Source of the DNA: Polyangiales bacterium
Lineage (GTDB): Bacteria; Myxococcota_A; Polyangia; Polyangiales; Ga0077539
Reading direction: 5' to 3'
DNA length: 64,000 nucleotides
NCBI GenBank assembly: GCA_044229975.1
Contig: JBGARZ010000002.1
Span: 1-64,000, forward strand
The position numbers and the translations under genes were made by a program. The notes below the pieces were generated by a model. It worked only from the letters and a program-made list of their open reading frames with translations. It was not told where the DNA came from and did not search any database. This document shows positions 49,685 through 59,591 of the stretch, piece after piece (the stretch's first letter is position 1; each line of letters begins with the position of its first letter).

Positions 49685-50545
49685 ATGAGTGACATCACTG
49701 TGTTCGGGGTGTTGGGCGCGGGTCAGATGGGTGCGGGCATCGCGCAGGTCGCGGCCGGCGCGGGGTGGACGGTGAAGCTCGCCGACGCCTCGCTCGACCG
49801 CGCGACGGCCGCGCGCGACAAGATCGGGGGAGGGCTGAAGAAGCTCGTCGAGAAGGGCAAGGTCACCGCCGACGAGGCGAGCGCGCTCGTGGGGCGCATC
49901 GTCCCGGTGGCGGGCATCGATGACCTCGCCGACTCGGACTTCGTGGTCGAGGCCGTGACCGAGCACCTCGACACCAAGCTCGCGCTCTTCGCAAAGCTCG
50001 ACGCCGCCGTGAAGCCCGGCGCGGTGCTCGCGACCAACACCAGCTCCATCTCCATTACCCGCATCGCGGCCTCCACCAGGCGCCCGGCCGACGTGGTGGG
50101 CCTGCACTTCTTCAACCCGGTTCCGTTGATGAAGCTGGTCGAGGTGATTCGCGCGCTCCAGACGAGCGACGCGACCTACCAGCGGGCGGTGGCCGCCGTC
50201 GCGAAGCTCAACAAGACCTCCGTCACCGCGAAGGACAGCCCCGGCTTCCTCGTCAACCGCATGCTGATGCCGCTGCTCATCGAGGCGGCCTTCGTGCTGG
50301 AGAACGGCCTCGGAACGCCCGAAGACATCGACCAGGCCGCCAAGCTCGGGCTCAACCACCCGATGGGCCCGCTGGAGCTGTCGGACTTCGTCGGGCTCGA
50401 CACGGTGCTCGCCATCGCCGACGTGCTCCACAAGGAGTTCGGCGACAGCAAGTACCGCGCGCCGGTGCTGCTGCGAAACTACGTCGCGGCGGGCTGGCAC
50501 GGCCGCAAGACGGGCCGCGGCTTCTACGACTACAGCAAGAAGTGA
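49685..50545 (+). CDS. hbd: 3-hydroxybutyryl-CoA dehydrogenase
   Basis: GAGQMGAGIAQ, VVEAVTE, TNTSS, GLHFFNP, HPMGP, GRKTGRGFY. Confidence 0.95.
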   Translation: MSDITVFGVLGAGQMGAGIAQVAAGAGWTVKLADASLDRATAARDKIGGGLKKLVEKGKVTADEASALVGRIVPVAGIDDLADSDFVVEAVTEHLDTKLALFAKLDAAVKPGAVLATNTSSISITRIAASTRRPADVVGLHFFNPVPLMKLVEVIRALQTSDATYQRAVAAVAKLNKTSVTAKDSPGFLVNRMLMPLLIEAAFVLENGLGTPEDIDQAAKLGLNHPMGPLELSDFVGLDTVLAIADVLHKEFGDSKYRAPVLLRNYVAAGWHGRKTGRGFYDYSKK

Positions 50546-50559
50546 CAGGGGCGACGCAC

Positions 50560-51348
50560 ATGGACTACGAGACGATCAAGGTCGCGGTCGAGGGCAGCGT
50601 CGCGACGGTGACCATCCACCGTCCCGAGAAGCTCAACGCGCTCAACGCGAAGGTCATCGAGGAGCTCACGGTGGTCTTCGCCGACCTCGCCAACAACCCT
50701 GATGTCCGCGTCGCGGTGCTCACCGGCGCGGGCGACAAGGCCTTCGTGGCGGGCGCCGACATCGCGGCCATGTCGACCATGGGCAGCGAGGAGGCGGGTC
50801 GCTTCGCGCGCAAGGGCCACGCGCTCGGTGAGCTGATGGCGGCGGTGGGCTACCCCATCATCGCGATGGTCAACGGCTTCGCGCTCGGCGGCGGGGCGGA
50901 GATCGCGCTCGCGTGCGACCTCATCGTGGCGAGCGACAAGGCGAAGTTCGGCCAGCCCGAGGTGGGCCTCGGCGTCATCCCGGGCTTCGGCGGAACCATC
51001 CGCCTCGCCCGCCGGGTGGGCGTCGGCAAGGCGCGCGAGCTGGTGTTCGTGGGCGGCGTCATCGACGCGCAGGAGGCCCTCGCCATCGGGCTCGCCGACC
51101 GGGTCGTACCGCACGACTCGCTCGCGGCCGAGGTGAAGACACTCGCCGGGAAGATCGCCGCCAACGCGCCGCTCGCCGTGGGCCACGCCAAGCGGGTGAT
51201 GAACGCCGCGGAGAACGTCCCGCTCGGCGTCGCGAAGGAGCTGGAGATCCAGGGTTTTGCGCTCTGCTTCAGCACCGAGGACCAGAAGCAGGGGATGAAG
51301 ACCTTCGTCGAAAACCCCCGCACGCCGCGCACCTTCGCGGGTCGCTGA
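50560..51348 (+). CDS. crt: Enoyl-CoA hydratase (crotonase)
   Basis: LNALN, FVAGADI, GFALGGGAE, FGQPE. Confidence 0.93.
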   Translation: MDYETIKVAVEGSVATVTIHRPEKLNALNAKVIEELTVVFADLANNPDVRVAVLTGAGDKAFVAGADIAAMSTMGSEEAGRFARKGHALGELMAAVGYPIIAMVNGFALGGGAEIALACDLIVASDKAKFGQPEVGLGVIPGFGGTIRLARRVGVGKARELVFVGGVIDAQEALAIGLADRVVPHDSLAAEVKTLAGKIAANAPLAVGHAKRVMNAAENVPLGVAKELEIQGFALCFSTEDQKQGMKTFVENPRTPRTFAGR

Positions 51349-51365
51349 GCGCCTCAACTTTTTCT

Positions 51366-51395
51366 TTGACAGTCGGGCGGAGCCAAGAGTAAACC
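51366..51395 (+). promoter_or_regulatory. Putative sigma70 promoter for tRNA-Asp
   Basis: TTGACA-N18-TAAACC. Confidence 0.55.
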
Positions 51396-51444
51396 CCGGC
51401 TCCCTTCGAGGGGAGGTGGTCGCCAAGACCGCCGACTTGAGAGT

Positions 51445-51518
51445 GGGGTGGTAGCGAAGTTGGTTATCGCGCTGGCCTGTCACGCCGGAGATCGCGGGTT
51501 CAAGTCCCGTCCACCTCG
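51445..51518 (+). tRNA. tRNA-Asp(GUC)
   Basis: Cloverleaf: acceptor GGGGTGG/CCACCTC, anticodon loop CTGTCAC, T-loop TTCAAGT; no encoded CCA. Confidence 0.97.
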
Positions 51519-51536
51519 CAAGTTGTCTCGCAGATT

Positions 51537-51573
51537 CGCCCCGCAGAACCGATGAGGTTCCCGGGGCGTTTCT
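51537..51573 (+). terminator. Intrinsic terminator after tRNA-Asp
   Basis: CGCCCCG..GAACC/GGTTC.CGGGGCG followed by TTTCT. Confidence 0.6.
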
Positions 51574-51621
51574 AATTCCGGGGCGCCGTCTCCGGTCGAC
51601 GCCCCGTACCGTCGGCGGTGA

Positions 51622-52191
51622 TCAGAAGAAGGTGGCGGCGTCGCGGGCGGCGCGGACGAGGTCGGAGTGGGACTCCTGCTCGTGCTGCACGGCGACGGCG
51701 AGGTCTTCGATCTTCGTCGCGAGGGGCTCACGCTGCTCGGGCGTCGGGTGTCCCGCGGCGTGGGTGACGTCCTGCTCAAGGGCGCGCGCGGTGGCCATCA
51801 ACCGGAGGAGCGCCGAGCGCTCGCGCTCGCGCAACCGGTACACCTCGATGGGCGGGTTCTGGATCGACTCGACGAAGCTGTTGGGCGCCACGAGGAGCTC
51901 GGCCATCGGACCGCGGTGACAGAGGCCGAAGGTCGTCGGGACCGAGCCCGCGCGCACCTGATCGGCGACGCGTCGCAGGTCGGGCGCGGCGGTCGCGCCG
52001 AAGCAACGGCGGAGGGCGGTGTCGATGTAGCGCGCGTGGTTCTCCTCGACGCGCTTGGCCCAGAGCTGGTGCGGATCGCGCGCGTGCTTCCACGCGAAGA
52101 AGATCGCGATGGCGCCGACGATGAGCGCGAGGTTGATCCAGAGGGTGACGCGCGAGGACTTGGGCTTCGGGGAATCGTCGGAGGTCGCCAT
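51622..52191 (-). CDS. Hypothetical single-TM protein
   Basis: N-terminal TM helix, helical C-terminal region. Confidence 0.7.
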   Translation of the reverse strand: MATSDDSPKPKSSRVTLWINLALIVGAIAIFFAWKHARDPHQLWAKRVEENHARYIDTALRRCFGATAAPDLRRVADQVRAGSVPTTFGLCHRGPMAELLVAPNSFVESIQNPPIEVYRLRERERSALLRLMATARALEQDVTHAAGHPTPEQREPLATKIEDLAVAVQHEQESHSDLVRAARDAATFF

Positions 52192-52466
52192 TGGGGGGCC
52201 TTCAGAGTGCAGTGAGGGGAGCCCGTAGGTAGTGCATCCCGGCGGATGTCGCCACGGAGGAGCATCGGGAGAACCGTCGCGACGGTGCTTTACCTTCCCC
52301 GGTACTTCGGCGTAGGTTCCCCGGCGACATCGCGTGACCAGGGATCAGGCCCTGGTACGAGGCCGATGTCTGTATCGGGTCGAACAGTCTCTCCCCGCGT
52401 GAGCCCCCGGATGTTCGGGCGAGCTCGCAGGCGATGGGGCGTGCGACCATCAAACAGAGGATTTCC

Positions 52467-54125
52467 ATGACGTTCACCGAGGCCGCTGAGGCCGTGCTGC
52501 GCAAGGTCGGCAAGCCCTTGCATTTCAAGAAGATCACGCAGATTTCCATCGACGAGAACCTCCTGTCGCACGTGGGCAAGACGCCGGAGGTCACCATGAG
52601 CACCCGGCTCGCGACGCTCACCCGTCGCGACGACACGTCGCAAAACATCGTGCGGGTGAAGCCCGGCGTGTTTGGCCTGCGCGAGTGGGGCTCCATCGAC
52701 GCCGCCGCGGCCGACGACAGCGAAGGCACCGAGACGACCGAAGCCGCCGCCGAGGCGCCCGTCGCCGCGGCTCCCGCCGCCGAGACCGACGGCTCCGAGG
52801 AGCACGCTGGCGAAGAGCTCACCGCGCAGGAAGTGGCGCCCAGGCCCGCGCCGGCCTCCGTGGCTCCCGCCGCGCCCGTCGAAGACGAGACGCCGCGCAC
52901 CCCCGAGGAGCTGGAGCGTCAGGCTCGCCTCGCCGCCGCGGTCGAGGGTCTCTCGGAAGAAGACGACGATGAAGAGCCGCTCCTGGGCGGCACCGCGGAG
53001 AAGGCCGCCGACGGCAGCAAGCGCCGTCGCCGCCGCCGTCGCCGTGGTCGCAATGGTGAGCGCGAGGTCGGCGCCGATGGCGTCGCCGTCGCGGGTGAGG
53101 ACGGCGCCGCGGGCGAGGGCGAAGCGCCCGCCGAGGGCGAAGGCGCCGCCGAGGGCGAAGGTGCGCCGCGCGAAGGCGGCGAGCGCACCGAGACCCGCAG
53201 CGGCGATCGGGACCAGGACCGCGGCCGTGGACGTCGCGGTGACCGCGGCGATCGCGGCCCGCGCGGCGAAGGCCGTGGCGAAGGTCGCCGCGATGAGCGC
53301 ACCGAGATCCGCGTCGAAGGCAACGCGGACGGTCGGGACGAGGAGGTCGGTCGCGACACGGCGGACATCGTGGTGGCGCTGCTCGCGCGCCGCGACGACC
53401 GTCAGCCGGTGGCCATCCGCTCGCTCGTCGAGGAGGGTCTCCGCTCGGGCAAGCTCGCGGGCGATCCGCAGCTCCTCCAGCTCTCGGTGTCGGCCGCCAT
53501 CCGCGTCGACGGCGCTCGTCGCGCGCTGCGCGGCGAGCGTAGCCGCCTCCGCCTCGCCGGCGGTCGCGTGGGCCTCCTCGATTGGACCCTCCCGCCCGAC
53601 CTCGTTCGTGTCGAGGCCGAGGCCCTCGCGGCGCTTGAGCGCCTGCGCGACGCCTCGCGGCGTTACGTGGTGCGGCGCATCAACGAGCTCCCGCAGGCGT
53701 CGTTCGTCGAGGCCGCGGCGCTCCTGCTGGAGCGCATGGGCATCTCGTCGCTGCGTTCGACGCGTCGGCCGGGGCTGTCCCAGGTCGAGGCGCACATCTG
53801 CGGCATCGCCCGCCGCGGGCCCGAGGAGGTTCCGGTCGCCATCGTGCTGCGTCGCGGTGGCGAGGTCGGTCGCGAGCGCGTGATCGAGCTCCGCGGCTCG
53901 CTGCACCACTACAACAACGCCCGCGCCGGCTGGCTCTTCAGCACCGGCCAGGTGTTGTCAGGCGCGCGCGACGAGGCTTCGCAGGAGGGCGCTCCGCCCA
54001 TCACGCTGGTCGACGGCGTGGGCCTCGGTCGCCTGCTCGACGAGCACAAGGTGCTCATCAGCCACGCCACCGTGACGCTCCCCTACCTCGACGTCGACCT
54101 CTTCGATCAGCTGCGCGGCACCTGA
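52467..54125 (+). CDS. HARE-HTH protein with disordered region and degenerate Mrr-like domain
   Basis: MTFTEAAEAVLR..GKPLH..IT……GKTPEVTM..RL…G.FGL..W; C-terminal GWLFSTG…ARDEA…ITLVDG..L..LL. Confidence 0.8.
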   Translation: MTFTEAAEAVLRKVGKPLHFKKITQISIDENLLSHVGKTPEVTMSTRLATLTRRDDTSQNIVRVKPGVFGLREWGSIDAAAADDSEGTETTEAAAEAPVAAAPAAETDGSEEHAGEELTAQEVAPRPAPASVAPAAPVEDETPRTPEELERQARLAAAVEGLSEEDDDEEPLLGGTAEKAADGSKRRRRRRRRGRNGEREVGADGVAVAGEDGAAGEGEAPAEGEGAAEGEGAPREGGERTETRSGDRDQDRGRGRRGDRGDRGPRGEGRGEGRRDERTEIRVEGNADGRDEEVGRDTADIVVALLARRDDRQPVAIRSLVEEGLRSGKLAGDPQLLQLSVSAAIRVDGARRALRGERSRLRLAGGRVGLLDWTLPPDLVRVEAEALAALERLRDASRRYVVRRINELPQASFVEAAALLLERMGISSLRSTRRPGLSQVEAHICGIARRGPEEVPVAIVLRRGGEVGRERVIELRGSLHHYNNARAGWLFSTGQVLSGARDEASQEGAPPITLVDGVGLGRLLDEHKVLISHATVTLPYLDVDLFDQLRGT

Positions 54126-54169
54126 TCGCGCCGCCCGGGGGCCTCGCAGCCCCCGTTGCCTTCCCACCC

Positions 54170-54799
54170 TCAGAAGCAGCCCCGCATGCACTCGCGGTAG
54201 CCCTCGTCGCAGCGCGCGACGCAGGCCGCGTCCTGCCTCGGACAGTGCCCACCGCAGGTGCTCCAGCCGCCGCGGCACTCGTGTCCACACGAGGCGCCAG
54301 GTGGTTCGGCGCCGGTGCTGTCCCGCTGGGTCGGAGGAGGTGCGCTCACGGGGTTGCCGCCCGTGGAGACGCGACCGTTCCAGGGGCTCGGCGCGGTGGC
54401 GGCCTCGGGGGCTGCTGGGGTCGGGAGCGCGCGGTCGACGTCGACGGTGAGCGGCGCGGTGCCGCCCGCGCTCGTCGCGGCCGGTGCGGTGGGGCTGGTG
54501 CTTTGCGTCGGTGGCGTTCCCGCGGTGGCCGGCGGGGCGGCGCGACGCTCGCCCGCGCCGACGGTGCCGAGGCGGTTGCGCGCGAAGTCGATGCGGTCGG
54601 GGTTGGCGCCATAGCTGTACGACTGGAGCCAGGTGCTCCAGCACGCCGAGCGCGCGGTGTCGTTGACCGTGGTGTCGTAGTCGAGCCCGTAGCAGCGCTC
54701 GAAGGCGCTCTCGCCGTCGTAGACGTAGCGGTAGTTGGGGCCGCAGCCGATGGTGATCGCGAAGGCGGCGAGGAGGAGCGGGCGGACGGGGCTCGACAT
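54170..54799 (-). CDS. Cys-rich lipoprotein
   Basis: TIGC lipobox; C-terminal CxxxC helical repeats. Confidence 0.72.
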   Translation of the reverse strand: MSSPVRPLLLAAFAITIGCGPNYRYVYDGESAFERCYGLDYDTTVNDTARSACWSTWLQSYSYGANPDRIDFARNRLGTVGAGERRAAPPATAGTPPTQSTSPTAPAATSAGGTAPLTVDVDRALPTPAAPEAATAPSPWNGRVSTGGNPVSAPPPTQRDSTGAEPPGASCGHECRGGWSTCGGHCPRQDAACVARCDEGYRECMRGCF

Positions 54800-54835
54800 G
54801 CGGGCACTGTATCCCGCATCGGTCGCGGGCGCAGT

Positions 54836-55474
54836 TCAGGGGGTGGGGGCGAGCAGTCGGTGGGCGAGCTCGCGCCAACGACGGGCCGCGTCCTGCTGGG
54901 CGCGCACCTGGAGGAGGGCGTCGAGGGTGGCCTCGTCGGCCGTGCCGCGGGCCTCGTCGATCATGGCCGTGGCGGGGAGAAGCTGCGAGAGCTCCAGGGC
55001 GCTCGCACGGTGGGCCTCTGCCGTGCGGCGGCAGTCGACGACGACGCGCGCGGTATGGATCGTCTCGCGAATGGAGCGCGGGAGCGTAGTCACCAGCGCG
55101 AGGTACGACATCGGGAGGTGCACCGACTCGGCGAGGTTCCAGAGGTCGCGCGCGCTCCAGCAGGGGAGGGCCTCGGCGAAGTCCCAGTTGGTGCCGTACT
55201 CGGCGCCGTCGAGGGCGAGCTCACGCCGCAGCGTGCGGTCGTCGACGCCCATCACCAGCTCCTGCACGGCGCCCTCGAACCAGCGACGCTTCGCGCCTTC
55301 GAGGTTCTGGTCACCGGCCACGGCCACCGAGCGAAACGCCTGCCGCCAGCGCCGTCGATCGGGGTCGCGGCGCTGGAGCAGGTTGACCGCCCGCGGGAAG
55401 TCCTTCCGCCGGCTTAGGATCGCGGCGTCGTCGCTGATGCGGGTGTAGTCGATCACCAGATTGTCGGGCGTCAT
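54836..55474 (-). CDS. Hypothetical protein
   Basis: Co-oriented downstream of valS; host-like GC3. Confidence 0.7.
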   Translation of the reverse strand: MTPDNLVIDYTRISDDAAILSRRKDFPRAVNLLQRRDPDRRRWRQAFRSVAVAGDQNLEGAKRRWFEGAVQELVMGVDDRTLRRELALDGAEYGTNWDFAEALPCWSARDLWNLAESVHLPMSYLALVTTLPRSIRETIHTARVVVDCRRTAEAHRASALELSQLLPATAMIDEARGTADEATLDALLQVRAQQDAARRWRELAHRLLAPTP

Positions 55475-55519
55475 CACACGAAGGCTTCGCAGAGCTCCCG
55501 ACGGTGGGTCAAAGAACCG

Positions 55520-58348
55520 TCAGCCGCCGACCTCACCGACCACCGCGACGGCGGCGCGCAGGCGCTCGACCTTGTCGGCGAGCTCGGTGAGACGCGCGCG
55601 GTCCTTGGCGACGACGTCGGCGGGCGCGCGGCCCACGTAGTCGGCGTTGTTGAGGCGCTTGGAGAGCCCGTCGGACTCCTTCTGCGCCTTGGCGATGTCG
55701 TTGGCGAGGCGGGCCTTCTCCTTCGCCACGTCGATGTGCCCCGCGATGGGGATGAGAATCTCCACGCCGTGGGCCACGCCGAAGCCGACCCCCCGCGGTC
55801 GGTCGTCGCTCGGGGGCGCGTGCACGATCTTCCCCGCGCGCGTCAGCCTCAGTGCTTGCGGCTCGTAGGTGGTGAGCACCGCGCGCACGTCCTCGTCGGC
55901 GGTGCGGAGCGTGACCTCGATGGAGCCGCCTGCCTTGATGCCGAGCTCGGCGCAGATGCGGCGCACGCCCTCGACGGTCCCCTGGAGGGCGGCGATGCGG
56001 GCCTCGGCCTCGGGGTCGACGGCCGCGTCTCCGTCGTCGGGGAAGGGCGCGAGCGCGAGCACCTCGGGGAGCTCACCGTCGCTCCGACGTCGCCGCGCGT
56101 TGTCGGGCAGGTGCGACCAGCACTCGGCGGTGAGGTGCGGCATGAAGGGATGGAGCAGGCGGTGAACCGTCTCCAGGCAGTGCGCGAGGGTGAGCTTGTA
56201 CGAAGCGCGCGCGGCCTCGTCGGAGCCTTCGAACACTGGCTTGCACAGCTCCAGAAACCAGTCGCAGAGCTCGTACCAGAAGAACTGGTAGACGGCCGCC
56301 GTGGCCTCATCGAGGCGGAAGTCCTTCACGCCCTGGTTCACCGCCGCGATGGCGCGCGCGAGGCGCGAGAGGATCCACCGCTCGGCCGCCGAGTCGGGCC
56401 GCGGGAAGGCGCCCGTCGGTCGCGGCGCGACGTCGGCGATGTGGGTGAGGGCGAAGCGCGTGGCGTTCCAGACCTTGTTGCAGAAGTCGCGATACCCTTG
56501 GAGTCGCCCGAGGTTGAGGTTGATCTTGCGAGACTGCGGTGGATGGCTCGCGAGGTAGAAGCGCACCGCGTCGGCGCCGAAGGCCGGGAAGCCTTCCTTC
56601 ATGGTCGAAACGCTCGGGTACGCCGCGCGGAATTTCCTCAGACCTTCCTCGAAGGGAGCGCTCCCCGACGCGTGCGCGATGATCTCCTGCAACGTCGCGC
56701 CGTGGACGAGGTCCAGCGGGTCGATGACGTTGCCCTTCACCTTGGACATCTTCGAGCCCGACTCGTCGCAGACCATCCCGTGCAGCAGCACCTTGCGAAA
56801 CGGAACGTCCCCGATGAAGTGCAGCCCCATCATCAGCATGCGGGCGACCCAGAAGAAGATGATGTCGAAGCCGGTCTCCATCACCGACGTCGGGTAGAAG
56901 GCCTTGAGCGCCGCGGTGTCCTCGGGCCAGCCGAGCGTCGCGAAGGGCCAGAGCGCCGAGCTGAACCAGGTGTCGAGCACGTCGGGGTCGCGCGCGATGT
57001 GGGTCGACCCGCACGCGGTGCACGTCGTCGGGTCTTCGCGCGCCACGACCGTCGCCGCGCAATCGGCGCAGTACCAGGCCGGAACCTGATGCCCCCACCA
57101 GAGCTGGCGCGAGATGCACCAGTCCTCGATGTTGGTCATCCAGTGCATGAAGGTCTTGGTCCACTCCTCCGGGGTGAACGTCGTGCGACCCTCCTCCACG
57201 GCCTTCACCGCGGGCGCAGCGAGCGGCTCCATCTTCACGTACCACTGCGGCAGGAGCAGCGGTTCGAGGATGTCCTGCGTGCGCTGGCAGCGGGCGTAGG
57301 GGATGGAGTGCGGTGAGCTCCCGCGGGCCAGGCCCTTCTCGGTGAGCGCGGCCTTCACGGCCTCGCGCGCGGCGAAGCGGTCCATGCCGGCGAAGGGCCC
57401 GCCCTCGGCGTTGAGGGTGCCGTCGAGGTTGAGGATGTTGATCATCGCGAGGCCGTTGCGGCGGCCGCACTCGTAGTCGTTGAAGTCGTGGGCGGGCGTG
57501 ACCTTCACGGCGCCCGTTCCCTTCGTGGGGTCGGCGAGCTGGCCGTCGGCGATGATGGCGAAGCTGCGATCGACGAAGGGGTGCTTCACCATCTTGCCCA
57601 CCATGGCGGCGTAGCGCGGGTCGTCGGGGTGCACCGCGATGGCCGTGTCGCCGACCATGGTCTCGGGGCGCGTGGTGGCGACGACGATCTCGCCGCTGCC
57701 GTCTTCGAGCTCGTACGCGAAGGAGAAAAGCTCGGCGTTGGGACGACTTGGATCCGGCTCCTCGCGATCGACCTCGAGGTCGGAGATGACCGTCTGCGCT
57801 TTGATCGACCAGTTCACGAGGCGGTTGGCCCGATAGATGAGCCCCTCCTCGTAAAGCCGCACAAACGCTTCACGAACGGCGCGCGAGAGCTCCGGGTCCA
57901 TGGTGAACTTCTCGCGGCGCCAGTCGACCGACGAGCCCATCACCTTGAGCTGCTCGGAGATGCGCCCGCCGGAGCGACCCTTCCACTCCCACACCCGCTC
58001 GATGAACTTCTCGCGGCCGAGCGCGTGGCGGTCGGAGCCCTCGCGCTTCAGCTCGCGCTCGACGACGATCTGCGTCGCGATGCCGGCGTGGTCGAGGCCC
58101 GGGAGCCAGAGGGCGTTGCGCCCCGACATGCGGGCGTGGCGCGTGATGCTGTCCTGGATGGTGAGCATCAGGGCGTGGCCCATGTGCAGCGAGCCCGTCA
58201 CGTTGGGCGGCGGGATGACGATGGAGAAGCTCTCCGCGTGGGGGGCGTCGTCGCTCGCCTGAAACCAGGTCGACGCGAGCTCGCGCGCGCGCCATCGCGG
58301 CTCAACCTCGTTGGGGTCGTAGGGGCGGGTGAAATCGCTGGTCGACAT
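55520..58348 (-). CDS. valS: Valine--tRNA ligase
   Basis: PPPNVTGSLHMGHA, TTRPET, TGAVKVTPAHD, DWCISRQLWWGH, KMSK. Confidence 0.98.
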   Translation of the reverse strand: MSTSDFTRPYDPNEVEPRWRARELASTWFQASDDAPHAESFSIVIPPPNVTGSLHMGHALMLTIQDSITRHARMSGRNALWLPGLDHAGIATQIVVERELKREGSDRHALGREKFIERVWEWKGRSGGRISEQLKVMGSSVDWRREKFTMDPELSRAVREAFVRLYEEGLIYRANRLVNWSIKAQTVISDLEVDREEPDPSRPNAELFSFAYELEDGSGEIVVATTRPETMVGDTAIAVHPDDPRYAAMVGKMVKHPFVDRSFAIIADGQLADPTKGTGAVKVTPAHDFNDYECGRRNGLAMINILNLDGTLNAEGGPFAGMDRFAAREAVKAALTEKGLARGSSPHSIPYARCQRTQDILEPLLLPQWYVKMEPLAAPAVKAVEEGRTTFTPEEWTKTFMHWMTNIEDWCISRQLWWGHQVPAWYCADCAATVVAREDPTTCTACGSTHIARDPDVLDTWFSSALWPFATLGWPEDTAALKAFYPTSVMETGFDIIFFWVARMLMMGLHFIGDVPFRKVLLHGMVCDESGSKMSKVKGNVIDPLDLVHGATLQEIIAHASGSAPFEEGLRKFRAAYPSVSTMKEGFPAFGADAVRFYLASHPPQSRKINLNLGRLQGYRDFCNKVWNATRFALTHIADVAPRPTGAFPRPDSAAERWILSRLARAIAAVNQGVKDFRLDEATAAVYQFFWYELCDWFLELCKPVFEGSDEAARASYKLTLAHCLETVHRLLHPFMPHLTAECWSHLPDNARRRRSDGELPEVLALAPFPDDGDAAVDPEAEARIAALQGTVEGVRRICAELGIKAGGSIEVTLRTADEDVRAVLTTYEPQALRLTRAGKIVHAPPSDDRPRGVGFGVAHGVEILIPIAGHIDVAKEKARLANDIAKAQKESDGLSKRLNNADYVGRAPADVVAKDRARLTELADKVERLRAAVAVVGEVGG

Positions 58349-58488
58349 GGACGGTGGTCCTCGCGGTGGGAAGTCGGAAACGCTTCCTACTGCGCGGACG
58401 CACGAGCCACAACGCATCTCGCGCGCGGTCGTCGGGTCGATGTCTTTGGAGGGAGGAGAGACTGCGGGGCGGGGCGGGGCGGTCGACG

Positions 58489-59340
58489 CTACGGCGCGGT
58501 GAGGCGCTTGAGCTCTTCGCGGATCATCGTCTCGGCGAGGGTCGGGACGACCTCCCACACGATGCGCTCGACGACTTCACGGGTGAGGGCGGTGATGGCC
58601 TCGGCCTGCTGGGGCGTGAGGCCGAGCGATACGGCCTTGGCCGACATCTGCTCGACGGCGGAGCGCGCGAGGTCGGTCGCCTGCACCGGGATGACCGGGG
58701 TGGGCGTCGAGACGGGCTCCGGCGGAGCGGGGCGCACCGACACCTTGGCGGACTCGGCGCCTTCGACGGGGAGGTCGTCGCGGGTGGTGCTCTTCGGTGC
58801 CGCGAGCGGAGCGGTCGGCGGCTTGAGGGCAGCGGCCGCCGGGATGGCGGCGCGCGAGAGCGAACTCGGCGGCGCGGTGGGGGGCTTCGCCGCCGTGGGC
58901 AGCGGAGGCGCCGGCGGGCGAACGGGCGCCGAGACCTGCGCGGGGGCCGTCGAGGGGGAGGCGGCCGGAGCGGCCGCGGTGACCGACTGACGCACACGGT
59001 CGATCATCGCCTGCGAGTCGAAGGGCTTGAGCACCGCCCCTTGAGCGCCCGCGGCGCGCGCGGCGGCCTCGTCGAGCGGCGAGTGGTCGGAGTAGAGCAG
59101 GTAGACCGGGACGGCCGAGAGGTTGGGCTCGCCGCGGAAGCTCTTCACGAGGTCGTAGCTGCTCGAACCGGGGAGGTTGACGTCGACGATGATCGCGTTG
59201 GGCCGAAGCTCCTTCGCGCGGGCCACGGCGCCGTCGGCGCTGTCGTGGGTGACGACGGCGATGTCCTCGCCGGCGAAGGTCATCTCGAAGACCTTTCGCA
59301 TCGTCGCGCTGTCATCGATGACGAACACGGATTTGGGCAC
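58489..59340 (-). CDS. romR: Polarity response regulator RomR
   Basis: Receiver domain + Pro/Ala linker + REVVERIVWEVVPTLAETMIREEL C-terminal motif; directly upstream of valS. Confidence 0.85.
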   Translation of the reverse strand: MPKSVFVIDDSATMRKVFEMTFAGEDIAVVTHDSADGAVARAKELRPNAIIVDVNLPGSSSYDLVKSFRGEPNLSAVPVYLLYSDHSPLDEAAARAAGAQGAVLKPFDSQAMIDRVRQSVTAAAPAASPSTAPAQVSAPVRPPAPPLPTAAKPPTAPPSSLSRAAIPAAAALKPPTAPLAAPKSTTRDDLPVEGAESAKVSVRPAPPEPVSTPTPVIPVQATDLARSAVEQMSAKAVSLGLTPQQAEAITALTREVVERIVWEVVPTLAETMIREELKRLTAP

Positions 59341-59417
59341 GACCGACTCCTTCTTCAGCGGGCTTCGAGGGGTTGTCCGGCGCTCGCGCGCCCTCCGACC
59401 GGAAATCCCGTTGTGAC

Positions 59418-59447
59418 GTTGTAGGAGGGTGCGAAAGAGAGTGTCAA
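59418..59447 (-). promoter_or_regulatory. Putative sigma70 promoter of romR
   Basis: TTGACA-N18-TACAAC on the minus strand. Confidence 0.55.
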
Positions 59448-59591
59448 GAATCACGAGAGGCCGCCGGGTTTTCTCGCGACGCGCCGATGCCTTGCCCCGC
59501 GAAGGCGAGCCGTGGCAGACACCTCTGGCGGGACGGCGGCGGTACGCCATCGACGCGCCCGCGACGGAGCCGTTGACGGTCCTGGTGAGAC

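Noticed and set aside
51445..52191. tRNA-Asp (or tRNA-Lys) as an integration site
   Set aside because: No integrase and no duplicated tRNA 3' end noticed in the window.
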